From Antedon mediterranea (taxonomy: Eukaryota > Animalia > Echinodermata): a DNA stretch of 64,000 bases. The DNA lies in NCBI RefSeq assembly GCF_964355755.1, contig NC_092672.1:868001-932000 (forward strand), written 5' to 3'. Position numbers and translations under genes: made by a program. A model generated the notes under the pieces. That model was not told the origin of the DNA, did no database searches, and worked only from the letters and a program-made list of their open reading frames with translations. Positions 51,568 through 64,000 of this stretch are shown here, in pieces; position 1 is the first letter of the stretch, and every line of letters begins with the position of its first letter.

Positions 51568-54500
51568 ATGGAGTTTCATTACGACGACTTATTTTCTAGA
51601 ATCAACTTCCAAACATGTATTATTGGAATTACAATGTTGTTGTTTCTTGTGTATATTACAAGGGATCTACGTCGTAATCTGCTACCGGGACCATGGGGGA
51701 TTCCTGGCCTTGGTATAATACCGTTTTTGGGAAGCCAACCACAACAGACACTGGTAAGATATTCTAAGAAGTATGGTCCAGTGTTTTCAGGATATCTTGG
51801 AAGCAGACTGGTGGTTTTCGTCAATGATTTCAAGTCCATGAAGCAAATGTTTGCTAAATCAGGAGACACTTTTAATGATCGTCCGAAACTGCTCGTGATT
51901 GATGAAATAAGTCACGGAAAAGGTAACGTGTTTCGTGTACAGATATTTTCTTTAGCTTTCTTGGGTTACTGTTATACTGTGTTAAAAGGGCCATGAAAAT
52001 CAAATAAAAGAAATGATAATGTTTCTGAAACATGCTATTGGGAACTTTAGATATGCGACGACCTATAAGACCTTTTAATATAAAAACATCTTTCAAAGGT
52101 CGTAGGTCATGATAATGTCATATTGTGATAACATGATATCATTCTTGTATGTACGTTGTTATAAGGTTTGCAATACACCAAGTGTTTATAGTTCTGAAAA
52201 GAACTTGTGAGTTTCTCAACGTTTCGCTCAGGAGTGAGATTACAGAAGAGGAGAGCAGGACACATCATCCATAATTATGCATTCTCACAAACAACAACAC
52301 TGAGTTAATTTGAAAGAAGCTAAACTGATTGCTACTGTTCCTTCTTGGCATTCCAGAGAAGACATTGAAATCTACGAACACAAATACCTTCATCAATACA
52401 TTTGTTATTAGTGACATTTGGCTATCTTCAACAATAATCTACATCGACTGTAAACCATGCCATAGTCTTTGGCCTTTTAAGACTCATGGTTTTTGTTTAC
52501 CCAGTCAAGACAATGCTATTGCTTTTAGCGTGTCTCACTTTTCTGTTCACACCTCTTTGAAACACGAATCTTGCTATAGTTCACACCAGTCCCACTCAAT
52601 TTCACTTTTATTCTTAGTTTCCTGGACTTTCTCACTCCTGAGGACGATCAAAGTATATTAATCAAAACGTCGAGAAACTCAGTATCCCTAGTTCTTTCCC
52701 GAACTATATATACTTAGTGTACCACAAAGAACATTATTATTGATTCCAATATGCAAACCTTCAAACAATATATTCTCAGTTTTTTTTTTGGCCAAACCGA
52801 TCTAATAATCTCACAATTTTTACTTGATAGGATTAGCAAATGGGTATTTGCATCTCCAGTTAAAAGAGAAAAGAAGATTTACCATGAAAATATTTCGAAG
52901 TTTGGGAATAGGTAAATCAAGATTTGAAAATACAATTGTAAACGAACTAGAATACATCAAAACTGAGTTATTAGAAGTAGCTAATACGTCAGTTGAATAC
53001 GACCCACAACATATCATCGAAAATGCCGTTTCAAATATCATATGTGGGATCGTTTTTGGAAAACGTTACAAGTACGATGATCCCAAATTCAACAGATTTC
53101 TAAGTACACTGTATGCAATATTTGAAATGCTATCTCAGTCTTCAGTTCTAAACTTTCTACCGATCTTGAGGTATATTCCCGGAAGCGGTTGGAAGACGGT
53201 GATGAACAAAATAGATACGATTATGAATGAATTCATTAAATTTGAATTAAAAGAGCATACAGAAACCATTGACGTCAACAATCCACGCGATTTCATCGAT
53301 GAGTTTTTGAAAACAAAATTTGAACTGGAAAACGCTGGTGAGAATACGGATGCGTTTGATCAGGAATCAGCCGAACAAGTTGTTGTTGATCTTTTTGCCG
53401 CTGGAACCGAAACCACCGCATCAACTTTAAAATGGGCAATTCTGTACTTGGCTCTTAATCCTGACATCCAGGCTAAGGTGTATGACGAAATTGAATCAGT
53501 GTGTGGACAGACCAATCCACCAACTTTGAAAGACCGACCGAAACTGGTATACACTGAGGCAGTGATGATGGAAGTCACCCGTATCCGACCCGCAGTTCCT
53601 TTAGGTAAATCACTGCTTTGTGTTTAATATCATTGCAAAATTCCTCCTCAGTCTATCAGTATCTTTTCGTTTCCATGACGCTCAACACGAGTTATTGTAG
53701 GAGTTGTATTGATTGATTGATGTATTGTATGCATTATGCGCACAACGTTTCTAAATATGAATCTGAAATGTGCAGAATAACTTTCTGCTCAACCGCTATG
53801 CGTAGTCTGGAGTAATAATAACATTAATTTTCAAACGCAATGTTTACATTAATGGTTCCCACAGGTGTGCCGCATGGTGTTCTGCACGATACGTACTACG
53901 AGGGGCATTTTATACCAAAAGGTACAACCGTGATACAAAATGTTTGGGCGGCGTTGCATGACCAAACCACTTGGCAGGAACCAGAAAAATTTAAACCAGA
54001 AAGATTTATCGATGAGAGATGCAATATTATTAAAAATGAGGAGTTAATTCCATTCTCGATTGGTAAGTATTGAATACAACTAATTTGTAATGCGTTTAAC
54101 AGAAACCTGCCATCTAAACAGTGACAAAATCGTGTAAGTGTAAACTAAGCTTAACACGAACTCTACGAAAATCCAAAATCAGTTGACGTGCGCGCCTCGT
54201 ATCTTATTGTCTGCGCTTCCCAGAACAATCAATTGCTTATATTTCTGAAAATGATGAAGACACAAAGCAACCAAAATTGATTCGTTTTCTTCTGGAATTT
54301 TTCAAATGGTGGGATTTGGCGTTTTTTGTTTGCCGTCAATTAGTTAATTGATTTGAAAGTTTTTATTATAATATTTTTATTAATTAAATTAAAATTTTTC
54401 CAGGTCGCCGTTCATGCCCAGGAGAGCAATTAGCACGTATAAATCTGTATCTGTTTTTCACACACTTAGTTCATCAGTTCAAGTTTGAATTACCTCCAGA

Positions 54501-54585
54501 CAAGCAGAAACCAACAACGGAACCACATGTTGGAATAACCTTATCTCCAAAGCCATATCAACTGATAATCACCAACAGAAATTAG
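51568..54585 (+). CDS. Cytochrome P450 copy F. Exons 51568-51922, 52831-53604, 53865-54062, 54404-54585
   Basis: AAGTETT, EVTR, FKPERF, PFSIGRRSCPG; intact frames and GT-AG sites. Confidence 0.95.
52160..52780. mobile_element. Second Penelope-like remnant with inverted ends and decayed hammerhead motifs, in CYP F intron 1
   Basis: 52163-52240 is an imperfect inverted copy of 52630-52770; ctcCTGAGGAcgatcaa..ttaatcAAAAcgtcgag (GAAA mutated); 3' end atgcaaaccttcaaacaatatattctca is also found at 471-498. Confidence 0.6.
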
Positions 54586-54777
54586 ATAGGCTTAATGAGC
54601 TGCAATAGTCTTGCATTCATCTGTATAAGTTTGATTTTTCTTATCTAAGTTTTAGTTCAATTCTTACGGATTCTTAGTACATTGTTTAGTTAAGCTTGAT
54701 GATGATAATGAATTCCTACATACTTATCTACATACTACAAGGGGATTAAAACCTTAGAACCATTTTTATCCTTTTTA

Positions 54778-54886
54778 CAGTTCATCAGTTCAAATTCGAA
54801 TTATCGGCAAACCAGAAACCAACTACTGAACCATATGTTTGAAAAACGTTATCGCCCAAAGACTAATAAATACGAACAGAAATTAC
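54778..54886 (+). pseudogene. Decayed CYP exon 4 fragment
   Basis: gttcatcagttcaaattcgaatta...aaaccaactactgaaccatatgtt...aacagaaatta aligns to VHQFKFEL..KPTTEPHV..NRN. Confidence 0.85.
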
Positions 54887-55387
54887 ACAATGAGCAACCC
54901 TAATTTTTATACGTTTAATTTGTCTTGAAGTTCAAGTTTAAAATCATCTATTTACCATCTATATCTTAATACATTGCTTTGTGCTGTCCCATATATCTCT
55001 CAACAAGTGGCTTTAAAAACAGTTTTACCTTTTTTATCTTTTCTGCAGTGTTTATATTATTATACAAATAATGAGTGAAATAACTTTTCCAGTTAACATG
55101 GTGGAGTATACCCGCTGCCTACTCGGGCTCGAATCTAACCCCTAGCCTTCCGCGCAAGCTCGGTGGTCTAGAGGTATGAACTGGTGATCTGGATGTCGTG
55201 GGACCGAGTTCCACCGGAGAATTACTTACGTATATTTTCGCAAGTATTCTCAATGTACTTAGTATAAAGTACAAATTACGTCAGAGTAGGTCAAACACAT
55301 CTGACCAACTAACTAAAAATACCGGTAGGCATACGGAAGTTAGTGAAAGAAACATACTATATTCATTGCTTGGTACTTTTCTATATT

Positions 55388-55483
55388 ACTCTCAGCAAGT
55401 GGCTTTAGTCTCAGCAAGTGGCTTTAGTCTCAGCAAGTGGCTTTACTCTCAGCAAGTGGCTTTACTCTCAGCAAGTGGCTTTA
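55388..55483. repeat. 19-bp tandem repeat (CTCAGCAAGTGGCTTTA[C/G]T) x5, heading a local ~110-bp duplication of 54995-55100
   Basis: Units visible directly. Confidence 0.9.
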
Positions 55484-56647
55484 ACAGTTTACCTTTTTAT
55501 CTTTATTTAGTTTTTGGCTTAATCTGTTATATTATTATACAAATAGGAATGAACAAATAAGTTCTCCAGTTAACTTGTGAATGTCTACCATTTTTAATTT
55601 CTCGTCTCGGTGTTTATCTATTCTGTATATCAACTGGTAACGAACTAAAAATAGGCATACGTAAGGTTCATGAAAGAAAAAACAAGGCCATATACATGGC
55701 TGCTGTCGCGTGCTCAAATTTGATTTAGTGTTTACCGACCGACCAACCAACCAAACCAACCGAGTGAGCTGTAGAGTCGCGTTTGCACATTCAGAACCAA
55801 ACATCTGAAGATTGAGCTACTCCTCGTCAAACAGTATGCAGTGCATTTAAATGTTCAAGTCTTTGAGTATTTCTTTGTAGTGTTATATTTTTTTATTTAT
55901 ATCTATTCTTATACTTAATGACAATTTCGGTGCAAGGCATTGATTTACGAAGTGTTTCAGTATTAATATAATATATAGCCCAATAGCAACATACACCAAA
56001 CAAATGACATAATCCAACGAATGTGAACTTCCACCTGATTTGCTATACGGCTATAATGTTTTATGCTTACTTTTCATTTAATATTTTGATTATACTATCC
56101 AATCACACGGTGCTACATAATATGTCCTACAAAGGTTATTTCTAAAGTCAATATTCTTACTGTCAACATGGAGATAAATATGCCTTTGTAACTAGTTGAA
56201 TGTCACCCTGCTGATATTTTAAATAAAGCATGATTCTATTCTGATATATAATACACCTGTGCAAACAACAACGTTAGAAAATGAATACTAATGGTCGAAA
56301 CGCGCACATGGTCCTTTATATTAATCCATGAACCCATAAACCCTAGCGTTTAATATGAAAGAACGTTGCGTTTCACCTACTAAATTTTCTCCTGTTTTAA
56401 CCTGTATTATTTAAACTACTCACAAATAAGGAGATATGATTGATAAATTGATTGGATATTTTGATTATACTCTCCAATCACACTGTGCTACATAATATGT
56501 ACTACAAAGGTTAATCAAATTCCGTGGAGATAAATGCACATTTGTATGTTTGCGTTGACGTCACGTTGCATTATAAATTGCATCTCACTCACATCATTCT
56601 CAGCCAAGATACTCTTTCTTGTAGTTGCGAGATCACACTCCTAAATC

Positions 56648-59600
56648 ATGGAGTTACTTTACGACGAATTATTTGCTAGAATGAACTTCCAAACCTGTCT
56701 TATTGGAATTACAACGTTGTTGTTTCTTGTGTATATTACACGAAATCTGCGTCGCAACCATCCACCGGGACCATGGGGTCTTCCCGTCCTTGGTATAATA
56801 CCGTTTTTGGGAAGCCAACCACAACAGACACTGGTAAGATATTCTAAGAAGTATGGTCCAGTGTTTTCAGGATATCTTGGAAGCAGACTGGTTGTTTTCG
56901 TCAATGATTTCAAGTCAATGAAGCAGATGTTCGCTAAATCAGGAGACACTTTTAATGACCGTCCAAAACTTCTTATGTTTGACAAAATAAGTCACGGAAA
57001 AGGTAACGTATTTAGTCTTTATTTATATCTAGGCCTATAACTTGTATTTCTCTTTCGTTGGGGCATCCTACTTTTATTTCATACCGGTATTGTACGATCT
57101 GCCAATTTTGTCAATATATATATATATATATATATTTGAAACGATGAAGTTGAGGAAATCACATTACATATGATAAAAAAGAACTGACAATAAATTAATA
57201 CAATTGAATGCTTGTTTGAGTATTTTCAGTATATTTCTTTAAAAGATAATTTAAAGTTTAAACTTATATACACATACTTATATACATTGACGGGCGGGCA
57301 CCGAACAAATTCTAATTCTTACATTGTTGACGACTGGAATAGCTAATTACCAATGATATGTGAAGCAATCACTGCCTCTCGCTTTGTTTTAAATATATGT
57401 ACGCGTTTTTAAGGCCAAATGCCACAGGGTAACGGTAAAAGGTAAAGTAGGCGGAAAACCACGTGGCTTGCCATCATTTACATAGCGCGTGAGGTGGAAA
57501 GTATAGATTCTTGTAGGCCTCGAGGCTACTGCATGTTACAAGCACTGCTGGACTAGAATAATATGCCTGACTGTCATTAGAACTAGACCAGTAGCCTATG
57601 TTTTAGATGGACCTATTCCTACATGTCGTACATTCAGTCACGTCGTAGTTGTTGTTGTATTTCTGAATAATAACAGGTTCCAAAACTAGGCTAGGCATAC
57701 TACGGCACTCGTATTTATTGTCATATTGAACTCGACGGACTCACACAAAAAAAGTTGTCGATAGATAACGTAAAATCAATCATGTCTTCGATTGACCAGA
57801 ATATACAATTACATGGCGGTATTTTCACAAAATCGAAGTGTTTATCCTAAGCGAATTTCCGTTCAACCACCCGTCCGCTCTGAGTTATGTTTAAATAGTC
57901 ATAATAAATAACATAGATTCTAAAATGTGTTCGTTTTCCACTTACCGTTACCACTCGTCGGAGTAAAATGACCTTTAGGCGTAAGCTATGACTTTATAAG
58001 TATCTAACAATTTGTATTTATCTTTAGGGTTAGTGAGTGGGTATTTGCATAACCAAATAAAAGAAAAAAGAAGATTTGCCATGAAAATATTTCGAAGTTT
58101 CGGAATGGGTAAATCATCTTTTGAAAATACAATTGTACACGAACTAGAATACCTGAAAAGTAAACTAATAGAAGTAGCTGATACGTCCGTTGCATACGAC
58201 CCTAAACATATCATCGAAAACGCCGTTTCAAACATCACATGTGGAATTGTTTTTGGAAAACGTTACAATTACGACGATCCAAAATTCAAACGATTTCTAA
58301 GTATACTGTACGCAAATTTTGAAAAGGTATCCCAAGCTGCTGGCCTGAACTTTATACCAATCTTGAGATATATTCCCGGAAGTGGTTGGAAGACTATATT
58401 TAAAAACGCAGATACGTTTATGAATGAATTTATTAGTGTTGAAATAAAAGAGCATACAAAAAACGTCGATTACAACAATCCTCGTGACTTCATCGATGAG
58501 TTTTTGAAAGCAAAATCTGAACTGGAGAATGAAGGCGAGAATACTGATGCGTTTGACGATGAATCGGCCAAACAGATTGTGGCAGAACTTTTTATCGCTG
58601 GAACTGAAACAACCGCAACATCTTTAAAATGGGCAATTCTGTACTTAGCTCTCTATCCCGAAATTCAGACGAAGGTACATGAAGAAATAATTTCAGCATG
58701 TGGAGGAAACAAACCTCCAACATACAAGGACCAAACAAAACTTGTGTACTCTGAAGCCGTGATGATGGAAGTGATCCGTATCCGGCCCGTTGTTCCATTA
58801 GGTAAATAATAGTAGAGCCTATAAAAAACATAGGTCTTTTAAAGTTTTGTTTTTTTAATTATCAATACCACCCCACTTTTAAGGCCAATAAGCAACTTTG
58901 ATAACTCCAGAGGGCGCAATATTTCAAAGCTCAATCAGGAGAAAATGTTTCATCGAGGCGCGCGCGCCTACCGCGATGATGTAAATTTTAGAACATCGGG
59001 CTAGCCACGCGCGCATCGATGGAACATTTTCTCCCGATTGACCTTTGAAATATTGCGCCCTCTGGAGCTATCGAAGTCGCTTATTTGACAATTCGCACCA
59101 TACGTATTTCATAATTATTCCAAAGTCTTAGTATTATTAAACGTTTATGCAATGCATTATCGAATAAAATTAACATCTAAACATTTAGTGACTGTTTTAT
59201 ACCTACCTCGAATATATCATTAAAAATAATATACCAACACATTTTAAACACACTGTTTTTATATTCAGGTGTTGCACATGCTGTTCTACAAGATACGTAC
59301 TACGAGGGGCATTTTATACCAAAAGGTACACCCGTGATACCAAATTTTTGGGCAGTGATGCATGACCAAACCACTTGGCATGAACCAGAGAAATTTAAAC
59401 CAGAAAGATTTATCGATGAAAATTGTGATGTAATCAAAATTGAGGAGTTAATTCCATTCTCAGTTGGTAGGTTATTTTCAGTATGCCTATCTACCTAGTT
59501 TTAGAACTATACTAGAGTTCAAAGTATTTTCTCTAGAAAAAATATGTAATCTTATTTACTATATTATGACTTTCTTCATAGGTCGCCGTTCATGCTTAGG

Positions 59601-59763
59601 GGAACAATTGGCGCGCAAGGAACTATATTTGTTCTTCACACACTTAGTTCATCAGTTCAAGTTTGAATTACCTCCAGAAAAGCCAAAACCAACAACGGAA
59701 CCACATGTTGGAGCAACCTTATCTCCCAAACCTTATCAACTGATAATCACCAACAGAAATTAA
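56648..59763 (+). CDS. Cytochrome P450 copy G. Exons 56648-57002, 58028-58801, 59269-59466, 59582-59763
   Basis: PPGPWG hinge, AGTETT, EVIR, FKPERF, PFSVGRRSCLG; intact. Confidence 0.95.
57412..57974. mobile_element. Harbinger-like non-autonomous insertion with TTA TSD in CYP G intron 1
   Basis: tta|AGGCC...GGTAACGGTAA...TTACCGTTACC...GACCT|tta; the paralogous intron of H (62112-62138, atgtacgcgctaggcgtaagctatgac) lacks it. Confidence 0.7.
58887..59085. mobile_element. 199-bp fold-back MITE in CYP G intron 2
   Basis: aataagcaactttgataactccagagggcgcaatatttcaaag...ctttgaaatattgcgccctctggagctatcgaagtcgcttatt; terminus shared with 24303 and 39307. Confidence 0.85.
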
Positions 59764-61165
59764 ATCAAGATTAAGCAACCGAAACTACAACCCACCTGAG
59801 TAGATTCTTTTCATTCAATTGGAGGGTTGTGGGTCACATGATATTCAATAACTACTCCATTAAAGACTTACGTGATCAAACGCGCAATTTTAAATTACAC
59901 GTTTGTGATGACGTAAGGCATTGATATAATTGTTAAGGTCTACTGTATAAAACTACGGTAGTTTGAGTGGTAGTGATGTGACGTCATCGTGTCCATGGGC
60001 ACATCACATCACGTTTGACAGTGTAGACAGACGCCTGAAACTTTGAAAATGACGTCATTTTAATTTATAAACCGAACTAAATCGGCGACTAAATCAGGTC
60101 AATCTCGACTAAATCAAGACGGATTTGGATTAATTTTTAATATGGTTTTTAACGAAGTTTATAAAAAATGTAACATTATTGAGTTGAAATTGACATTATT
60201 AGCTTAATTCGATATCCATAGGTTGTATTTAATAATATTAATTATATATTAGGGCCTAGGCCTAATGCAAATCATGTTTATTTACAACCGTATAATTACA
60301 TTATTTTCTTCGCGGCAAATCCTACTTGAATTAGGCTACTACGTTACGCCATAGCGACAATGGGAGGAGAGATGAGGTAATTCACCACGCGAGGGATCGT
60401 CTAGGGGCCTAGCTCTTTCTGGTCAGGCTATGAATTAACTACGTGGTTCGTCGAGATGATACTTGGCCAGAGGTCTAGAAAATATGAAAGTTACCGTACA
60501 ACAATGGTTCCTATACACATTGTAGTTTTTGTTTTTTGTTAATCGGAAGTACTTCATTGTTAATTAATCATTGCTTACCTTGTTCTAATAATAAACTATT
60601 CGAATGATAGTCCTGATGTCTGAACAGTTTTCACGCTGCTGCTCTAGCCCGCTACGTCACAAGAGATGACGTAATCGGATATAAAGCAAGCAGCAGTTTT
60701 AGTACTGAGGGACTCACATTTTTGCGAAAATGCATACTCCACTATAATTTATAGGTCCCAGCTGCTAGACCCAAAAACGTCTGGGAATAGAGTCTAACGG
60801 TTGAACGACAAATCCCAAAGCATTTCTGGTATTTATGAGTCCCATGATATTATATAATACTGTAAATCGCTGTCAGAAAATCATTGAATTATTATTAAAG
60901 CAGTCCATGAAAGTTTTTGTTTGTACTAAAGTGACAGAAATTGAGTCTGTGTTTCATATCAAAGTTATTCACTTCTGTAACAACACAAAAAATATTTATT
61001 CACATATAAAAAGAGAAAAGAAACGTTTAATTATAACTCAAAAGTATTTTTTACTTTAAATTACATTTTTTCATGTAAAATAACTATTATGTGACAATAA
61101 AATGACACATTCAAAAACAAATTTGAAAAATATTTTTCAGAGGGACAATATATCTATAAAACTAA

Positions 61166-61275
61166 GTATATTACAAGGGATCTACGTCGTAACCTGCTAC
61201 CGGGACCATGTTCGCTAAATCAGGAGAAACTTTGAATGATCGTTCGGAACTGCTTGTAATTGACAAAATAGGTCA
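61166..61275 (+). pseudogene. Internally deleted CYP exon 1 relic upstream of copy H
   Basis: YITRDLRRNLLPGP coding sequence is joined at an ATG microhomology to MFAKSGETLNDRSELLVIDKIG coding sequence. Confidence 0.88.
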
Positions 61276-61665
61276 ATATTCGTACTGTCAACATAGAGAT
61301 AAATATACCTATACCTTGTACCTAGTTGAAGGTCACCCTGTTGATTGTTAAATATAATCGCTAAAGCATAACATTCTAATACCGGTATTTAATCCATTTA
61401 ATATTCCTTTGTGTATTATACTATGCACACTATACAACGATACAAAATAAATATCCATGCATGACTCGCACAATGTGTTTTATATTAATGCATGAACCAA
61501 TCAACCATAGCGTTTATTAATACTATATGCAAGATAAAATGCTATGTTTGCGTTGAGGTCACATGCCTTATATATTGCATAATTTCCGGGATAATTTCTC
61601 GCTCATTTACATCATTCTCAGCAGAGATACTCTTTCTCAGAGTCGCGAAATCACACTCTTCAATC

Positions 61666-63977
61666 ATGGAGTTTCTTTACGACGACTTATTTGCTAGAAT
61701 GGACCTCCAAACGTGTATTATTGGAATTACAGTTTTGCTGTTTCTTTCGTATATTACAAGGGATCTACGTCGTAACCTGCTACCTGGACCATGGGGTCTT
61801 CCCGGCCTTGGTATAATACCGTTTTTGGGAAGCCAACCACAAAAGGTACTGGTAAGATATTCTAAGAAGTATGGTCCAGTGTTTTCAGGATATCTTGGCA
61901 GCAGACTGGTGGTTTTCGTCAATGATTTCAAGTCAATGAAGCAAATGTTCGCTAAATCAGGAGACACTTTTAATGATCGTCCGAAACTGCTTGTGATTGA
62001 TGAAATAAGTCACGGAAAAGGTAACCACGTGTTAGTAGGTCTATAGTCTATATTTATCTATTTACCTATATTATGAGAAACAATCACTGTATCTAGCTTT
62101 GTCTTAGATATATGTACGCGCTAGGCGTAAGCTATGACGTTTTTTTGTTAGCCTTTTGTGATTGGTTGCCAAAACAAAGTTTCTAATAATTTGTATTGTA
62201 TTTCAAGGTATAGCAAGTGGGTATTTACATTTACAATTAAAAGAAAAAAGAATATTTGCCATGAAAATATTTCGAAGTTTGGGAATGGGTAAATCAACTT
62301 TTGAAAATACAATTGTACACGAACTAGAATACCTGAAACGTAAACTGTTAGAAGTTGCTGACACGTCAGTTGAATACGACCCTAAACATATCATCGAGAA
62401 CGCCGTTTCAAACATCACATGTGGAATCGTTTTTGGAAAACGTTACAAGTATGACGATCCAAAATTCAAAAGATTTCTAAGTATACTGTACGCAAATTTT
62501 GAAATGATTTCCCATTCTGCTGCTCTGAACTTTCTACCAATCTTGAGATATATTCCTGGAAGTGGTTGGAAGACTATATTTAAAAATGTAGATACGTTTA
62601 TGAATGAATTCATTAATGTTGAATTGAAAGAGCATACAGAAACAATTGACTTCAACAATCCACGTGACTTTATCGATGAGTTTTTAAAAGCAAAATCTGA
62701 ACTGGAGAATGAAGGTGAGAATACAGATGCATTTGACGATGAATCAGCCAAACAAGTTATCTCGGAACTTTTTATCGCTGGAACTGAAACAACCGCAACA
62801 ACGTTAAAATGGGTAATTCTGTACTTAGCTCTCTATCCCGATATTCAGGCTAAGGTGTATGAAGACATAATGTCAGTATGTGGAGGAAACAATCCTCCAA
62901 CATATAAGGACCAACCAAAACTTGTGTACTCTGAGGCAGTGATGATGGAAGTGACCCGTATCCGACCTATTGCTCCATTAGGTAAATAATTGAGCCTATA
63001 TAATATATGCCTGTAATTACATACCTCGAATATATAATTTTAAAATAATAAATATATACGAACACATTTTATACACACTGTTTTACATACAGGTGTCGCG
63101 CATGCTGTTCTGCACGATACGTACTACCAGGGGCATTTTATAGCAAAAGGTACAACCGTGATACCAAATATGTGGGCAGTGATGCATGACCAAACCACTT
63201 GGCATGAACCAGACAAATTTAAACCAGAAAGATTTATCGATGAAAAATGTAATCTAATCAAAATGGAGGAGTTAATTCCATTCTCAGTTGGTAGGTTATT
63301 TTCAGTATCCACAATTATAGATAGTTTAAGAACGACACAGCGATTGTTCAAAATAATTTCATGTTATGCTCAGTTATCCACGATAAATATACTCAACAAA
63401 AACACCAATTCTACCCACAATTTAAAAGAACCACTAAAAAATAATTAAGTTTAGTTAGTAAAGGGGTTGAACTTTGGCGTGAAATACCTGAGACTCTTAA
63501 GTTACATAAGAATCCTATAACTTTTAGGCCTAAAATAAAATACAAAGATAAATTACTTTTGCAATACTCTGATTAATCTTTTTTTGTTGATAAGAAAAAA
63601 AAAAGATTTCTACTTATAAGCTGTGCTTCAGACATTCCCCCTTTCCATTCTTTCGTTTTGTACAGTAATGAATATTTATATATGTTTATGTTTTTGTTGT
63701 GAATGGAAATAAAGAAACAAAACACTAGAAGAATGTATGTATTTTTTTCCCAGAAAAATATCTAATACAGTGTATACTTATAATTCTCTCCATAGGTCGC
63801 CGTTCCTGCCCGGGAGAACAATTAGCTCGCAAGGAACTATATTTGTTTTTCACACACTTAGTTCATCAGTTCAAGTTTGAATTACCTCCAGACAAGCAGA
63901 AACCAACAACGGAACCACATGTTGGAATAACCTTATCTCCCAAGCCATATCAACTGATAATCACCAACAGAAATTAA
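61666..63977 (+). CDS. Cytochrome P450 copy H. Exons 61666-62020, 62208-62981, 63093-63290, 63796-63977
   Basis: AGTETT, EVTR, FKPERF, PFSVGRRSCPG; intact. Confidence 0.95.
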
Positions 63978-64000
63978 ATAATAATAATTATTGACGAGCA

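Noticed and set aside
55120-55216. tRNA-Pro-like sequence (GCTCGGTGGTCTAGAGGTATGA)
   Set aside because: Only an A-box-like 5' part is present and no cloverleaf forms; at most a decayed SINE head
1-64000. Naming the organism, CYP family number or peroxidase ortholog
   Set aside because: Cannot be established without database searches; gene symbols are left empty

Overview
AT-rich, intron-containing animal (invertebrate-like) genomic DNA, not prokaryotic. The left third (- strand) is a tandem array of secreted single-domain animal heme peroxidases: two 11-exon genes (10618-5248 and 18733-12491) plus the first two signal-peptide exons of a third gene running off the left edge. The right two-thirds (+ strand) starts only about 1.6 kb away, head-to-head, and is a tandem array of 4-exon clan-2 (CYP2-like) cytochrome P450s: five apparently intact copies (A, D, F, G, H), three pseudogenes (B, C, E) and exon relics. 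A ~15-16 kb tandem duplication made by unequal crossover in CYP exon 1 created a chimeric gene (D). The region is densely populated with non-autonomous mobile elements (three Helitrons, several PIF/Harbinger-type MITEs, Kolobok-like, IS3EU-like, Crypton-like, Penelope-like ends carrying minimal hammerhead ribozymes), minisatellites and a tRNA-Val pseudogene. The main hypothesis worth testing is that the divergent peroxidase + P450 arrays form a co-regulated oxidative (possibly halogenating) metabolic gene cluster. All exon structures and alignments were read by eye; no database searches were run.
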